Below are positions 53,601-63,866 of a stretch of 64,000 bases of DNA, piece by piece. The stretch's first letter is position 1; each line of letters starts with the position of its first letter. The stretch covers positions 5,615-69,614 of the forward strand of contig CAZGBK010000005.1 of NCBI GenBank assembly GCA_964524005.1, in the 5' to 3' direction. The DNA comes from an uncultured Enterobacteriaceae bacterium. Lineage in GTDB: Bacteria; Pseudomonadota; Gammaproteobacteria; Burkholderiales; UBA3065. A program made the position numbers and the translations under genes. The notes under the pieces were generated by a model. That model was not told the DNA's origin. It did no database searches and saw only the letters and a program-made list of their open reading frames with translations.

Positions 53601-53685
53601 GTGTTTCTTGTATTCGGATGCATCCTGGTCGCGGCGCCCAGGCGACCGACCGGTGCACTGCACCCACCGGGTCACGACGCGCGGT

Positions 53686-54246
53686 TCAGGTCAGCAGCAC
53701 AACCGCGCCCAGCGCAGTGAATAAAGCCGCGGCCAGCGCGCGCAACCATCGCAACGACACCCGCGCGGCGATCTGCCGTCCAACCAAGACCGCCGGCAGG
53801 TTGGCCAGCAACATGCCCAGCGTCGTGCCAGCGACCACTGTCAGCGTCTGCGGGTAGTGCGCCGCCAGCACGACCGTCGCGACCTGCGTCTTGTCCCCCA
53901 TCTCGGCCAAAAAGAACGCCACCAGCGTCACCATAAAGACTCCGCCGCGGCTGGCAATGGGCCCGGCGTTCTCGGCCAGCCGGTCGGGCACGAGCACCCA
54001 CGCTGCCATCGCCAGGAACGAGGCGCCCAGTAACCAACGCATGACATCCGGACCAAGGTTGCTGGTCACCCACGCGCCGAGCAGCCCGGCCAAACCGTGA
54101 TTCAGCACCGTTGCCACCAAGATGCCGGCGATGATCGGCCATGGCCGGCCAAAGCGTGCCGCAAGCACCAGCGCCAACAGTTGCGTCTTGTCGCCGAACT
54201 CGGCGACCGCGACGATGCCGGTCGAGACGAGCAGCGCCTCGATCAT
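53686..54246 (-). CDS. TMEM165/GDT1 (UPF0016) cation transporter
   Basis: Two signature motifs AEFGDKTQ and AEMGDKTQ. Confidence 0.92.
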   Translation of the reverse strand: MIEALLVSTGIVAVAEFGDKTQLLALVLAARFGRPWPIIAGILVATVLNHGLAGLLGAWVTSNLGPDVMRWLLGASFLAMAAWVLVPDRLAENAGPIASRGGVFMVTLVAFFLAEMGDKTQVATVVLAAHYPQTLTVVAGTTLGMLLANLPAVLVGRQIAARVSLRWLRALAAALFTALGAVVLLT

Positions 54247-55937
54247 CCCTGTTGTGCCTCGACCCGCTCCATGACCTCGCGCAGCATCACGGTGGCAACC
54301 GCATCGCGCGCATGCACCGCGGCATCGGCACCTTCAGCCTGCAGCAGCCGGGCCTCGTCGGCGTTCTCGGCGCGGACCACCACCGGGATGCCCGGGTTGA
54401 GGGTGCGCGCCGTCTCGATCATCGGCCGGATATCGGTGCTCTCGGGGGTGGCAACCACCAACAGCCCAGCATCGGCGATATGCGCCTGGATCAGGCTCAC
54501 CGGCTCGGCCGCATTGCCGAACACAGCTGGCAGGCCCGCCTGACGCAGTTCCGCCACGCGCTCCCGGTTCTGCTCGACGACCACGAAGGGACGTCCAGCC
54601 TCGGCCAGCGCAGCGGCGATACGCCGCCCCACGGTGCCATAGCCGACCAACACGACCTGCTTGGCGAGAAAACGGCGATCGGTGCTCTGCGGCAGTTCAG
54701 CGAGCGGGTCGTCGCGTGTCTCGAGCAGGCGCGCCAAAGAGGAATTGCGCAAGATCCACTTCCGCGCCGGCTCGATCGACGAGAACACCAGCGGGTTGAC
54801 GGCGATCGAGATCAGCGCGCCGGCGATAACCAGACTGCCAGCCTCGGGTGGCAACACGCCGAGTGCAGTGCCGAGCGCAACGAGAATGAACGAGAACTCG
54901 CCGATCTGCGCCAAGCTGGCGGACACGGTCAGCGCGGTGTTGAGCGGGTAGCGCAGTGCCAGCACCAGCACCCCGGCCGCGATCGACTTGCCAAAGATGA
55001 TGATCAACGTCACCGCCAGCACCTCAAGCGGCATTTCGATCAGCACTTGCGGGTCGAAGAGCATGCCGACCGAGACGAAGAACAACACCGCGAAGGCATC
55101 CCGGAATGGCAAGGACTCTTCCGCAGCGCGCTGGCTGAACTCGGACCCGCGCAGCACCAGACCGGCGAAGAACGCACCGAGCGCCACCGACACCCCGAAC
55201 AATTCCGCCGCACCGAAGGCGATGCTGACCGCCACTGCCATCACGCACAGGGTGAACAGCTCGCGCGACCCGGTCTTCGAGATCTGCCAAAGCAGCCAAG
55301 GCAAGGCCCGCTTGCCGACCACCAGCATGACGACGAGGAAGGCAGCGACACCGAGCAGCGTGAACATCAATGCCGACCAGATGCCGGACGTTCCGGCGCC
55401 AGCGGCATGCGAGCCAACACCGGCCAACACGGGCAACAACACCAGCACCAGCACCATCGCGAGGTCCTCGACGATGAGCCACCCGACAGCGATGCGACCA
55501 TTGGGGGTGTCAAGGATGCCGCGCGCCTCGAGTGCTCGCAGCAGCACCACCGTACTCGCCACCGACAGGGCCACGCCAAACACCAGCGCACCAGGCAGGT
55601 CCCAACCCCACCACAAGCCCAGGCCGGCGCCCATCGCGGTGGCCACTGCCATTTGCACGACCGCCCCCGGGATCGCTACGCGGCGCACCGACATCAGGTC
55701 ACCGATCGAGAAATGCAGACCCACCCCGAACATCAGCAGCATCACGCCCACCTCAGCCAACTGGGTCGCCAGCGAGACGTCGGCGACCAGGCCCGGCGTG
55801 TGCGGGCCAAGGATCACCCCCGCCATCAGGTAACCGACCAGCGCCGGCAGCCGCAGGCGCGAGGCGACAAAGCCAAGCACCAGCGAAAGCCCTAGCGCAG
55901 CGGCCAGAGTGATGATCAGGGGCATATCAGCGTGCAT
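54243..55937 (-). CDS. ybaL: YbaL-type CPA2 cation:H+ antiporter with KTN domain
   Basis: LAEVGVMLLMFGVGLHFS, GWLIVEDL, PFRDAFAVLFFVSVGM, QIGEFSFIL, VGYGTVG. Confidence 0.88.
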   Translation of the reverse strand: MHADMPLIITLAAALGLSLVLGFVASRLRLPALVGYLMAGVILGPHTPGLVADVSLATQLAEVGVMLLMFGVGLHFSIGDLMSVRRVAIPGAVVQMAVATAMGAGLGLWWGWDLPGALVFGVALSVASTVVLLRALEARGILDTPNGRIAVGWLIVEDLAMVLVLVLLPVLAGVGSHAAGAGTSGIWSALMFTLLGVAAFLVVMLVVGKRALPWLLWQISKTGSRELFTLCVMAVAVSIAFGAAELFGVSVALGAFFAGLVLRGSEFSQRAAEESLPFRDAFAVLFFVSVGMLFDPQVLIEMPLEVLAVTLIIIFGKSIAAGVLVLALRYPLNTALTVSASLAQIGEFSFILVALGTALGVLPPEAGSLVIAGALISIAVNPLVFSSIEPARKWILRNSSLARLLETRDDPLAELPQSTDRRFLAKQVVLVGYGTVGRRIAAALAEAGRPFVVVEQNRERVAELRQAGLPAVFGNAAEPVSLIQAHIADAGLLVVATPESTDIRPMIETARTLNPGIPVVVRAENADEARLLQAEGADAAVHARDAVATVMLREVMERVEAQQG

Positions 55938-57570
55938 GTGCAGTCCTGTGGATACGATCAGCGAGCAGTCCGACAGCGCGGTCGACGGCGTCATTCACGA
56001 CATGCAAGACGATACCTGCGTCCATGCCGTTGCAGAGATCCTCGTCGCCGGGATGTCGGGCCAGCAGCGCGACTTCGCCGCGGAAGCCGTGGTCCCGCAG
56101 CACCTCGAGCTGCCGGCTCGCCAGGCTGGCGTCGGGCAAAGCCAAGACCACCAGCGGGACATCGGCAAGAACCAGGCTGTCCAGAAAATCGGCCTCGAGA
56201 CTGTCTCCAAAGCGGACGTCGATGCCCGCATGGCGCAGACGACCGACAACTTCCGGATCGAAGTCGACCCCCGCCACGCGCAAACCCGCGTCGCGCAGCC
56301 CGAGCGCCAGACGGCTCCCGTATCGGCCCAAACCAAACACCATGACCTCGGGCGGCGAAGATCGAGGGGCGGCATCGGCTCGCAGCTCGCGATGCGGGTG
56401 TCGCCGCTCGAACCACGCAAGCCAGGGCGACAAACGCTCGTACAGCCCCCCTGCGTACAGGATCATGTAGGTCGACAAGGTGATGGTGATGATGCCGACC
56501 AGGGTTGTCAGCCCCAGCGCACCCGCCCCGATGTGCCCCAGTGAGATCCCCATGGCGACGAAGATGATCGAAAACTCGCTGATCTGCGCGACAGTGAGCC
56601 CGGCCATGAAGCCGGTCCGTCGCCGGTAGCCCATATAGCCCATGATCAGCATGACGATCAATGGGTTACCGACCAGTACGAACAGCGACAACAGCAGTGC
56701 CGGGACCACTTCTTCGCCCAGCGTCGCCAGTTCAAGCCCCGCGCCAAGGTGAACAAAAAAGAACAGCAGGAACACGTCACGCACCGCAGCGAGCCGCCCG
56801 CCGATGGCCTCGCGGTAGGGTGTCGAGGCCAGCGAGAAGCCGGCCAGAAAAGCGCCAGCCTCTTTCGAGAACCCGGTCCATTCGCCCAGTGCCGCAAGAC
56901 CTGTCCCCCAGGCGATGGCGAACACCAGCAGCAGCTCCTGCGAACGCGCGATGCGTGCGACCAACCAGGGCAACACCCAGCGCATCAGCAGCACCAGCGC
57001 GGCTACAGCCAGGCCGATGCGGAACATCAGGCTGACCGCGAGTTCGCTGGCAGCGACCGTATCGCCAGCCTCGCGCAGGGCGCTCATGACCAGCATCGCC
57101 AGCACCACCGCCAGATCTTGGACGATCAGAAAACCGACGGCGATCCGCCCATGAAGGGTATCGAGCTCGCGTTTGTCCGAGAGCAACTTGACGATGATGA
57201 TGGTGCTGGAGAAGGTCAGCGCCACCGCCACGTAGAGGGCCTCGACCGGCGTTCGACCCAACCCCAGAACGATGAAAAAACCGAACAGGATGGTGAAGGC
57301 CAGTTGCCCAAGCCCAGTTGCCAGGGCGACCGGGCCGATGTGCCGGACATGGTGCAAGTCGAGTCGCAGGCCAACAACGAACAGCAGGATCGCCACCCCG
57401 ACCTGCGCCAGCAGCTCGATCTGCTCGTGGGCGGTGACCAGACCAAGCACCGCCGGCCCGGCGACGACGCCGACGGCGATGTAGGCGATCAGCAGCGGCT
57501 GCCGCAGCCACAGACTGACGGCACCAGCAGCGGCCGAGATGATCAGCAGCAGCGCGAATTCAGCGAACAT
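55927..57570 (-). CDS. CPA2 cation:H+ antiporter with KTN domain
   Basis: LTFSSTIIIVKLL, GFLIVQDL, AQISEFS, FGLGRYG. Confidence 0.88.
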   Translation of the reverse strand: MFAEFALLLIISAAAGAVSLWLRQPLLIAYIAVGVVAGPAVLGLVTAHEQIELLAQVGVAILLFVVGLRLDLHHVRHIGPVALATGLGQLAFTILFGFFIVLGLGRTPVEALYVAVALTFSSTIIIVKLLSDKRELDTLHGRIAVGFLIVQDLAVVLAMLVMSALREAGDTVAASELAVSLMFRIGLAVAALVLLMRWVLPWLVARIARSQELLLVFAIAWGTGLAALGEWTGFSKEAGAFLAGFSLASTPYREAIGGRLAAVRDVFLLFFFVHLGAGLELATLGEEVVPALLLSLFVLVGNPLIVMLIMGYMGYRRRTGFMAGLTVAQISEFSIIFVAMGISLGHIGAGALGLTTLVGIITITLSTYMILYAGGLYERLSPWLAWFERRHPHRELRADAAPRSSPPEVMVFGLGRYGSRLALGLRDAGLRVAGVDFDPEVVGRLRHAGIDVRFGDSLEADFLDSLVLADVPLVVLALPDASLASRQLEVLRDHGFRGEVALLARHPGDEDLCNGMDAGIVLHVVNDAVDRAVGLLADRIHRTAHAR

Positions 57571-57662
57571 GCACTCATCATCCCAGAAAGCGCCGAGGCG
57601 ATGCGCCGGCGGGATGCGATGGCGGGGGCTGGCCGCGTCAGCCGCAGGGCGAGACCGCCCGC

Positions 57663-59162
57663 TCAGCCCACCGGGTCGTCGGCGAACAGATCGCCCTGCC
57701 CTGCCGAGACCGCAGGCGCCCGGCGCTTGCCCCGCCCTCGGGCGGTGGCCGGCAAACCGCTGCGGCGCGAGCCATGCCGCTGCTGCACCGCGTCGGCCTC
57801 GGCCTGCGCGGACGCTGTGGTGCGCACCGCGTAGAGGCGATCCTTGGCCCAGCGCACGGCACTGCGCTCGTCGACGATCGGTGGCAGGTAGGCAGGCGTG
57901 CCGTATTCAGGCACCCAGCACCGCACAAAGACGCCCTGCGGGTCGTGGTCGCGCTGCTGTTTGGCCGGGGAATAGACGCGTAAGGTGTTGATGCCGGTGG
58001 TGCCCGACTGCATCTGCATCTGGCTCCAGTGGATGCCCGGCTCGAAGTCGAGGAACTGGCGGGCCAGGTGCAGGCCGGGCTCGCGCCAATGCAGCCAAAG
58101 GTGATACGCGGCGAAGCTGACCAGCATCGCGCGCATCCGGAAGTTCAGCCAACCGGTGGCATTCAGGCTGCGCATGCAAGCGTCGACCATCGGGAAGCCA
58201 GTGTTACCGGTGCGCCAGGCCTCGAAACGCTCCTGGTCGAAGTACGGCTCGCGCAGGCCGTCGTAGCTGCGGGCGATGTTGTACGTCTCGATGTCCGGCT
58301 GCGACTCGAGCTTCTGCATGAAGTGGCAGTGCCAGCGCAGCCGCGAAGCAAAGCCGCGCAACTGGTAGGCGAAGCGCCGCGCCTCTGGGTCGGCGCTGGC
58401 GCGCAGCGCGGCGATGCGTGACTCGGTGGCCTGATGCACCTGCCGCATGGACAGCGCGCCGAACGCCAGATGTGCGCTGATCCTCGAGCATCCGGTGGTC
58501 GCGGTGAGCGGGCTGGAAAGGTCACGGCGGTAGTTGGCGCCGCGCAGCTCGAGGAAATCGTGCAGCGTAGCCCACGCCGCCAACTCACCGGCCGGCGGCA
58601 GCGGGCGTGGTGCGCCGTGACCGGCGGCACGGACAGCATCGACCGGCCATGCACCTGGCAACAGGCCGTCCACGCCTGGCCAGCGTTCGGGGACCGGCAG
58701 ACAGGCTGCATCCATGCGCTGCTGCCAGCGACCCGCCCAGCCGCGGCGGTCGGCCAATCGCCGGACGACGCCGGTCTGCGGCCATTCCAGCCACTCGACG
58801 CCATGCGTGCGGCACCACGCGGCGACCTCACGGTCGCGGGTGTAACTCCACCCCGGGCCGGTCTCCTCGTGGCTGAGCAGATGCGTGAACGCGTAGTCGC
58901 GCCGCAGCGCGTGCAGCGCGTCGGGCACGCTGCCGAAGCGCACCAGCAACGGCAGACCGCGTGCGGCGAGCGTGGCCCGCAGCGACTCGATATTGGCGCG
59001 GGCAAAGGCGACATGCTGCGCGTCGCACTCGGGGCTGGCGAGCCACTCGGGCTCGACCACATACAGGGCCGCCGCCGCCTGACACTGCGTCGCCTCGCAC
59101 AGTGGAGCGTGGTCGGCAGTGCGCAGGTCGCGCTTTAGCCAAACGAGGGCACGGGCAGGCAT
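57663..59162 (-). CDS. Photolyase/cryptochrome family protein
   Basis: [64 protein letters not shown]. Confidence 0.9.
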   Translation of the reverse strand: MPARALVWLKRDLRTADHAPLCEATQCQAAAALYVVEPEWLASPECDAQHVAFARANIESLRATLAARGLPLLVRFGSVPDALHALRRDYAFTHLLSHEETGPGWSYTRDREVAAWCRTHGVEWLEWPQTGVVRRLADRRGWAGRWQQRMDAACLPVPERWPGVDGLLPGAWPVDAVRAAGHGAPRPLPPAGELAAWATLHDFLELRGANYRRDLSSPLTATTGCSRISAHLAFGALSMRQVHQATESRIAALRASADPEARRFAYQLRGFASRLRWHCHFMQKLESQPDIETYNIARSYDGLREPYFDQERFEAWRTGNTGFPMVDACMRSLNATGWLNFRMRAMLVSFAAYHLWLHWREPGLHLARQFLDFEPGIHWSQMQMQSGTTGINTLRVYSPAKQQRDHDPQGVFVRCWVPEYGTPAYLPPIVDERSAVRWAKDRLYAVRTTASAQAEADAVQQRHGSRRSGLPATARGRGKRRAPAVSAGQGDLFADDPVG

Positions 59163-59287
59163 GACAAAGGGCGGTGGACGACCTCGAACAGAACGGGGAG
59201 GTGTTGGGGATAGCCGATTTGGTTGCGAGTAGTCCTCGCAGTGCAGACCATGCCGTCACGAAAGGCAAGGCAATCCTTTACAGACTG

Positions 59288-59314
59288 TTGACAGTGTCTT
59301 CACGTTCGCTTCAC
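59288..59314 (+). promoter_or_regulatory. OmpR-family (ColR/CreB-type) direct-repeat box
   Basis: TTGAC-N6-TTCAC-N6-TTCAC, 11-bp period. Confidence 0.6.
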
Positions 59315-59375
59315 GGCCCTAATCACACCCTTTCGTCCCGTACGCCGGTGCACGCCAAACATCAAGAGGCCAACC

Positions 59376-60008
59376 ATGAGAATCGAGCCGAGGACCGTCA
59401 TCAACTTCATTGCCTTCCAGGTGGCCTGGCTGCTCTGCGTGCTGGGTGGTGCCAACGAACAAGCCATCGCCGGGACAATGTGCGTTGCTGCGGCCATTGT
59501 GCTGCACCTCGCGCTCGCACAGCGGCCAGACCGGGAGATCATGCTGATTGCTGCAGCCGCTCTCGTCGGCTTCTTTTGGGACAGCGCACTGGTGGCACTC
59601 GGCCTGATGCACTACCCCACCGGCAATTTCGCAGCGGGGTTTGCGCCCTACTGGATCATCGCCATGTGGGCGCTGTTCGCCACCTCGCTCAATCTTTCAA
59701 TGGCATGGCTCAAAGGACGGATCGGGTTGGCGGCAGCATTTGGAGCAGCAGGGGGTCCTCTGGCTTATCTGGCAGGCGAACGCCTTGGTGGCGTGCAAAT
59801 AACGGATCCGGGTCTGGCGCTCAGCATGCAAGCGGTCGGATGGGCCGTTCTGCTACCGCTCCTGACCCGTTTGGCGTCGCGCCTGAACGGGTTCGATGAA
59901 CCCGGACGTCCCGGCTTGTCGCACGTTTCCGAGAAAGCCGACGACGATGTTCACCCTCAACATCTCACAAGCTCGGACGCTTGTATCCCACCGCGGCGCG
60001 TGGTCTGA
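59376..60008 (+). CDS. DUF2878 membrane protein
   Basis: INFIAFQVAWLLCV, WALFATSLNLSMAWL, GAAGGPLAYLAGERLG. Confidence 0.85.
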   Translation: MRIEPRTVINFIAFQVAWLLCVLGGANEQAIAGTMCVAAAIVLHLALAQRPDREIMLIAAAALVGFFWDSALVALGLMHYPTGNFAAGFAPYWIIAMWALFATSLNLSMAWLKGRIGLAAAFGAAGGPLAYLAGERLGGVQITDPGLALSMQAVGWAVLLPLLTRLASRLNGFDEPGRPGLSHVSEKADDDVHPQHLTSSDACIPPRRVV

Positions 60009-60022
60009 GCGGAGGCCTCCCA

Positions 60023-60568
60023 ATGAGAAGCCTGACAGCGATGCTCTCTATCAGCGCGGTACTGGTCCTGCCCGCACTCGCCGGCTGTGCCAGCAGGCAG
60101 GCGCAAGCACCTATCAAGACGGTCGAGTTCGTCGATCTGGAGCGCTTTATGGGCGACTGGTACGTCATTGCGAATATCCCGACCTTCATTGAAAAGGGTG
60201 CGCACAACGCTGTCGAGAGCTACAAGATGGATGTCGACGGGTCGATCGCCACGACCTTCACGTTCCGCAAAGGCGGCTTCGAGGGGGAGCTCCAGACCTT
60301 TACACCGCGTGGCTTCGTGCTCGACAGCCAAAGCAACGCCGTATGGGGGATGCGATTCGTCTGGCCGATCAAGGCCGACTACCGAATCGTCTGGCTCGAC
60401 CCGGCGTACTCGCAGACCGTCATCGGGCGCAACAAGCGCGACTACGTCTGGATCATGGCCCGGCAGCCAAGCATCCCGGAAGACGACTACCGCAGGATCG
60501 TCGACTTCTTGGCCGAACAGGGCTACGACACGCGGCGGATCGAGAAGGTCCCGCAGCGCTGGGAATAA
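60023..60568 (+). CDS. Lipocalin family lipoprotein (Blc-like)
   Basis: Lipobox LAGC; VDLERFMGDWYVIA, WPIKADY, YVWIMAR. Confidence 0.9.
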   Translation: MRSLTAMLSISAVLVLPALAGCASRQAQAPIKTVEFVDLERFMGDWYVIANIPTFIEKGAHNAVESYKMDVDGSIATTFTFRKGGFEGELQTFTPRGFVLDSQSNAVWGMRFVWPIKADYRIVWLDPAYSQTVIGRNKRDYVWIMARQPSIPEDDYRRIVDFLAEQGYDTRRIEKVPQRWE

Positions 60569-60707
60569 AATCTGATCGAGCGCTCACCTGCTGTTCAGGG
60601 ACAGCGCGGTTCGCGACGACTCTTGGCCTGCGCGTCAGATCGGACCGCTCCGGGCCAGGTCGATGCGAAGACAACCACCACACTGAGGACACAGGAAACT
60701 CAATACC

Positions 60708-61412
60708 ATGACGGACGAGCCAAGACAGCCGAACGTCCTGCTGATCGACGACCACCGTGACATCGCTGGCGCGATCGTCGATTTTCTCGAGCATCGCGGG
60801 TTCGCCGTCGACTATGCGGCGGACGGCGTCACCGGCCTGCATCTGGCGGTCACCAACCCTTACGACGTGATCGTGCTCGATGTCATGCTGCCGGGCCTCG
60901 ATGGCCTGTCGGTATGCCGCAAACTGCGCGAAGAAGCCCGCAACGACACCCCATTGCTGATGCTAACCGCCCGCGACACACTCGACGACAAGATCACCGG
61001 TCTGAATGCTGGGGCCGACGATTACCTGGTCAAACCCTTCGAGGTCCGCGAGCTCGAGGCGCGCATCAAAACGCTGCTCCGACGCCACCGTGGCGCTGTC
61101 GCACGCGAGACCTACACAGTTGACGATCTGACACTCGATACTGCGACGATGCAGGTCAGCCGAGCTGGACAGACGCTGGTGCTCACTCCGATCGGCCTGA
61201 AACTGTTGACTGTACTGATGCGGGCCTCACCACGGGTCGTGACACGGCAGCAACTCGAGCGCGAAGTCTGGGGCGACCTGCTGCCCGATAGCGACGCGCT
61301 GCGTAGCCACCTGTATACGCTTCGCAAAGTCATCGACAAGCCGTTCGAGCACTCGCTCCTACACACGATTCCGGGCATCGGATACCGGCTGGCGACCGAA
61401 GATGGCCACTAG
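60708..61412 (+). CDS. OmpR-family response regulator (ColR-like)
   Basis: LIDD, GVTGLHLA, LDVMLPGLDG, GADDYLVKPF, DALRSHLYTLRKVIDKPF..GIGY. Confidence 0.92.
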   Translation: MTDEPRQPNVLLIDDHRDIAGAIVDFLEHRGFAVDYAADGVTGLHLAVTNPYDVIVLDVMLPGLDGLSVCRKLREEARNDTPLLMLTARDTLDDKITGLNAGADDYLVKPFEVRELEARIKTLLRRHRGAVARETYTVDDLTLDTATMQVSRAGQTLVLTPIGLKLLTVLMRASPRVVTRQQLEREVWGDLLPDSDALRSHLYTLRKVIDKPFEHSLLHTIPGIGYRLATEDGH

Positions 61413-62688
61413 CGGACTGCTGGCACGCCTGGGTAGGACATTCCTGCTACAGACTGCCTTCATCGGTGCAACGGCAGTCCTCGGAGTGTTTATCGCGAGC
61501 CTGCTACTCGAGGGCGTGCTGATCCGTCAGGCGCTGCGGGACGAAGCATCGCACTTTTGGTCGCAGCGCGAACGCGACAAGACCTTCCCGCTGCCCGCAA
61601 CCTTGAATCTTACCGGGTACCTGGATGCCCCTCCGACCGAGCTGGCGGATCTGCCGACCGGCCACCACGAGCGCGTGATCGACGGCGTCAAGACCGTCGT
61701 CCATGTGACCGACCGTGCCGGGCAGCGCCTGTACCTGGTCTTCGACCGCAGCGGCGTCAACCGCCTAGCCACCGTCTTTGGGCTGCTACCACTGGCGATG
61801 GTGCTGCTGGTACTGTACCCATCGACGTGGCTGGCCTATCGTGCCTCGCGCCGCGCATTCTCACCCGTGATCACCCTGGCGAGAGCCGTGCGCGAGCTCG
61901 ATCCAGCGGCACCTGACCCGTCCCAACTCGACCAGTCTCGGTTGCCCGCCGACGTCGACGACGAGGTGCGCGAGTTGGCAGACGCGCTGGCACGGTATGC
62001 CCAACGTCTCAACGAGTTCGTCGAACGGGAGCGCGACTTCACTCGCGACGCCAGTCACGAACTGCGCAGCCCGCTCACCGTGATTCAGATCGCTACCGGT
62101 ATCCTCGAAGCCGATACCCAGCTCGGCGAAGCGAGTCGCCGATCGGTCGCCCGTATCGCCAGAGCAGCGCGGGACATGGAGGAACTGACCAGCGCGTTCC
62201 TGATGCTCGCACGCGAATCGCAGACTGGCCTGCCGGTCGAGGCCATCTGCGTCAACGACGTTCTGGCCGAGGAGCTCGACCGCGCGCGTCTGCTGGCGGC
62301 TGGCAAGCCGCTCGAATCGCGTGTTACCGCCACCCACCGCCTGTATCTCGACGCGCCGGAGAAGGTCCTGCCCGTGCTACTGGGCAACCTCCTGCGCAAC
62401 GCGTTCTCCTACACCGATGCCGGCGAGGTCACGGTCGAAGTCGGGGCGGATTCGGTCGTCATCCGCGATACCGGGAAGGGCATCGCACCCGAGCAAGTCG
62501 ATGCCATGTACCAGCCTTTCGTTCGCGGAGAGTCTGGCGGGCGCGGTGGACACGGCGTGGGGCTGACGATCGTACGGCGACTGTCCGACCGCTTCGGCTG
62601 GCCAGTGAGGATCGACAGCACCCCCGGGGTTGGCACCCGGGTCGAGATCCATTTTCCTGCAGCCCGTCGCGTGCCGTTCACCGCTTGA
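61402..62688 (+). CDS. Sensor histidine kinase (ColS-like)
   Basis: Two TMs, HAMP, ASHELRSPL, NLLRNA, DTGKGI, GVGL. Confidence 0.92.
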   Translation: MATSGLLARLGRTFLLQTAFIGATAVLGVFIASLLLEGVLIRQALRDEASHFWSQRERDKTFPLPATLNLTGYLDAPPTELADLPTGHHERVIDGVKTVVHVTDRAGQRLYLVFDRSGVNRLATVFGLLPLAMVLLVLYPSTWLAYRASRRAFSPVITLARAVRELDPAAPDPSQLDQSRLPADVDDEVRELADALARYAQRLNEFVERERDFTRDASHELRSPLTVIQIATGILEADTQLGEASRRSVARIARAARDMEELTSAFLMLARESQTGLPVEAICVNDVLAEELDRARLLAAGKPLESRVTATHRLYLDAPEKVLPVLLGNLLRNAFSYTDAGEVTVEVGADSVVIRDTGKGIAPEQVDAMYQPFVRGESGGRGGHGVGLTIVRRLSDRFGWPVRIDSTPGVGTRVEIHFPAARRVPFTA

Positions 62689-62717
62689 TGGATCACCAAC
62701 GAAGACAGGCCACGTTC

Positions 62718-62755
62718 TTCACAACCTGTTGACGCCACGTTCACGCGACGCTCAC
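62718..62755 (+). promoter_or_regulatory. OmpR-family (ColR/CreB-type) direct-repeat box
   Basis: TTCAC-N6-TTGAC-N6-TTCAC-N6-CTCAC, 11-bp period. Confidence 0.65.
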
Positions 62756-62810
62756 CCGGCGAGTAGCAGACTGCTTCGGTCGAACTTCGACAGACACTGG
62801 GGATCACCTC

Positions 62811-63461
62811 ATGACACGCACGATCACATCAACACTTCTCGCGGCCGGTCTTGCTGCTGTTCCGATGCTCGCATCGGCTACGGATGAACCCCACTGGTAC
62901 GCCACTGCGAACATCGGGGCCAATTTCATGCAGAACCAGTCGCTCCGCGCGTCCGGTGATAGCCAGCTGCAGTCCGGCAGCATCGATCTGAGTAGCGGGT
63001 TTCTGACAGGGGCGGCCGTCGGTCGCGCATTCAACCGTAACTTCCGGGCCGAGGCCGAGTTTATCTATCAGTCCGCGGATCACGATGGCGTCCGCAGCGG
63101 ATCGCTGGGTTCCGGCAATTTCGCCTCTACCGCCGTGGCACTCAACGGCATTTATTCGTTTAACTTGCTGGGGAGCGAGAAGGTGCGGACCTATGTCGGC
63201 GCGGGTGCCGCGTGGCTCACCGAGGTTGACCTCGACTTCAAGCAAGGTGGCCGGGAAGTCTCTTACAGTGGCGACGGCTTTGGCGTGCAACTGCTCGCTG
63301 GTGCTCGTTACGAACTTGGCGAACGCTGGTTCGTCGATGCCGGGGTGCGCTACTTGAATGCCGGCAAGATGACGCTGGATGGCGAGGGATCGGCCCTAGG
63401 CCGATTTCGCGCGGACTACGACCCGTGGTCGGTGGCGTTCGGGGTCGGACGGAAATTCTGA
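62811..63461 (+). CDS. Small outer-membrane beta-barrel protein (OmpW/opacity-like)
   Basis: Signal peptide, amphipathic strands, YVGAG, terminal FGVGRKF. Confidence 0.8.
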   Translation: MTRTITSTLLAAGLAAVPMLASATDEPHWYATANIGANFMQNQSLRASGDSQLQSGSIDLSSGFLTGAAVGRAFNRNFRAEAEFIYQSADHDGVRSGSLGSGNFASTAVALNGIYSFNLLGSEKVRTYVGAGAAWLTEVDLDFKQGGREVSYSGDGFGVQLLAGARYELGERWFVDAGVRYLNAGKMTLDGEGSALGRFRADYDPWSVAFGVGRKF

Positions 63462-63650
63462 ACCCAGGCGGATAGCGCGGAGACCCCGCTGACCAGACAA
63501 GGGGCGTGTTCACTCGGGCGAGTGATCAGCAAAGCGACGACGGGCTTTTCCGACCCCTGCGAACACAGGCGGCCGCCCCCGGACAGTCGGGAGCGGTCGG
63601 TCCTGGCGTTTTTTACGGTCTGGCGGGCCCCCGTGATACTCGGCGAACCC

Positions 63651-63866
63651 TCAATTGGTGGTGCAGCAGATGCAGCCATTGTTCATCTCGATGATCTGTT
63701 CGTCGTCTTCTTGAACCAACAGTTCATTGTCGATGCCCGCTTCTCCAAATTCGTTCTCGATCACCGCTATGCGGTGACCGTGATGCTCTTTCAGAATGCG
63801 ATTCAAGAGTGTTGTCTTGCCGCTTCCGAGGAAGCCAGTGAGGATCGTGACGGGAATGAGACTCAT
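63651..63866 (-). pseudogene. Truncated COG0523 (CobW/YjiA-like) GTPase, 71 aa
   Basis: [32 protein letters not shown] then immediate stop; no continuation recognised in any frame. Confidence 0.85.

Noticed and set aside
57571-57662. yybP-ykoY Mn riboswitch upstream of the antiporter-TMEM165 operon
   Set aside because: Only a GC-rich hairpin; the conserved GGGGAGTA and CAACATAC-like elements are absent.
63462-63655. IS terminal repeat or selenocysteine readthrough at the truncated COG0523
   Set aside because: No partner repeat or transposase visible. Reading through TGA gives GFAEYHGGPP, unlike the expected VRGDL-type continuation.
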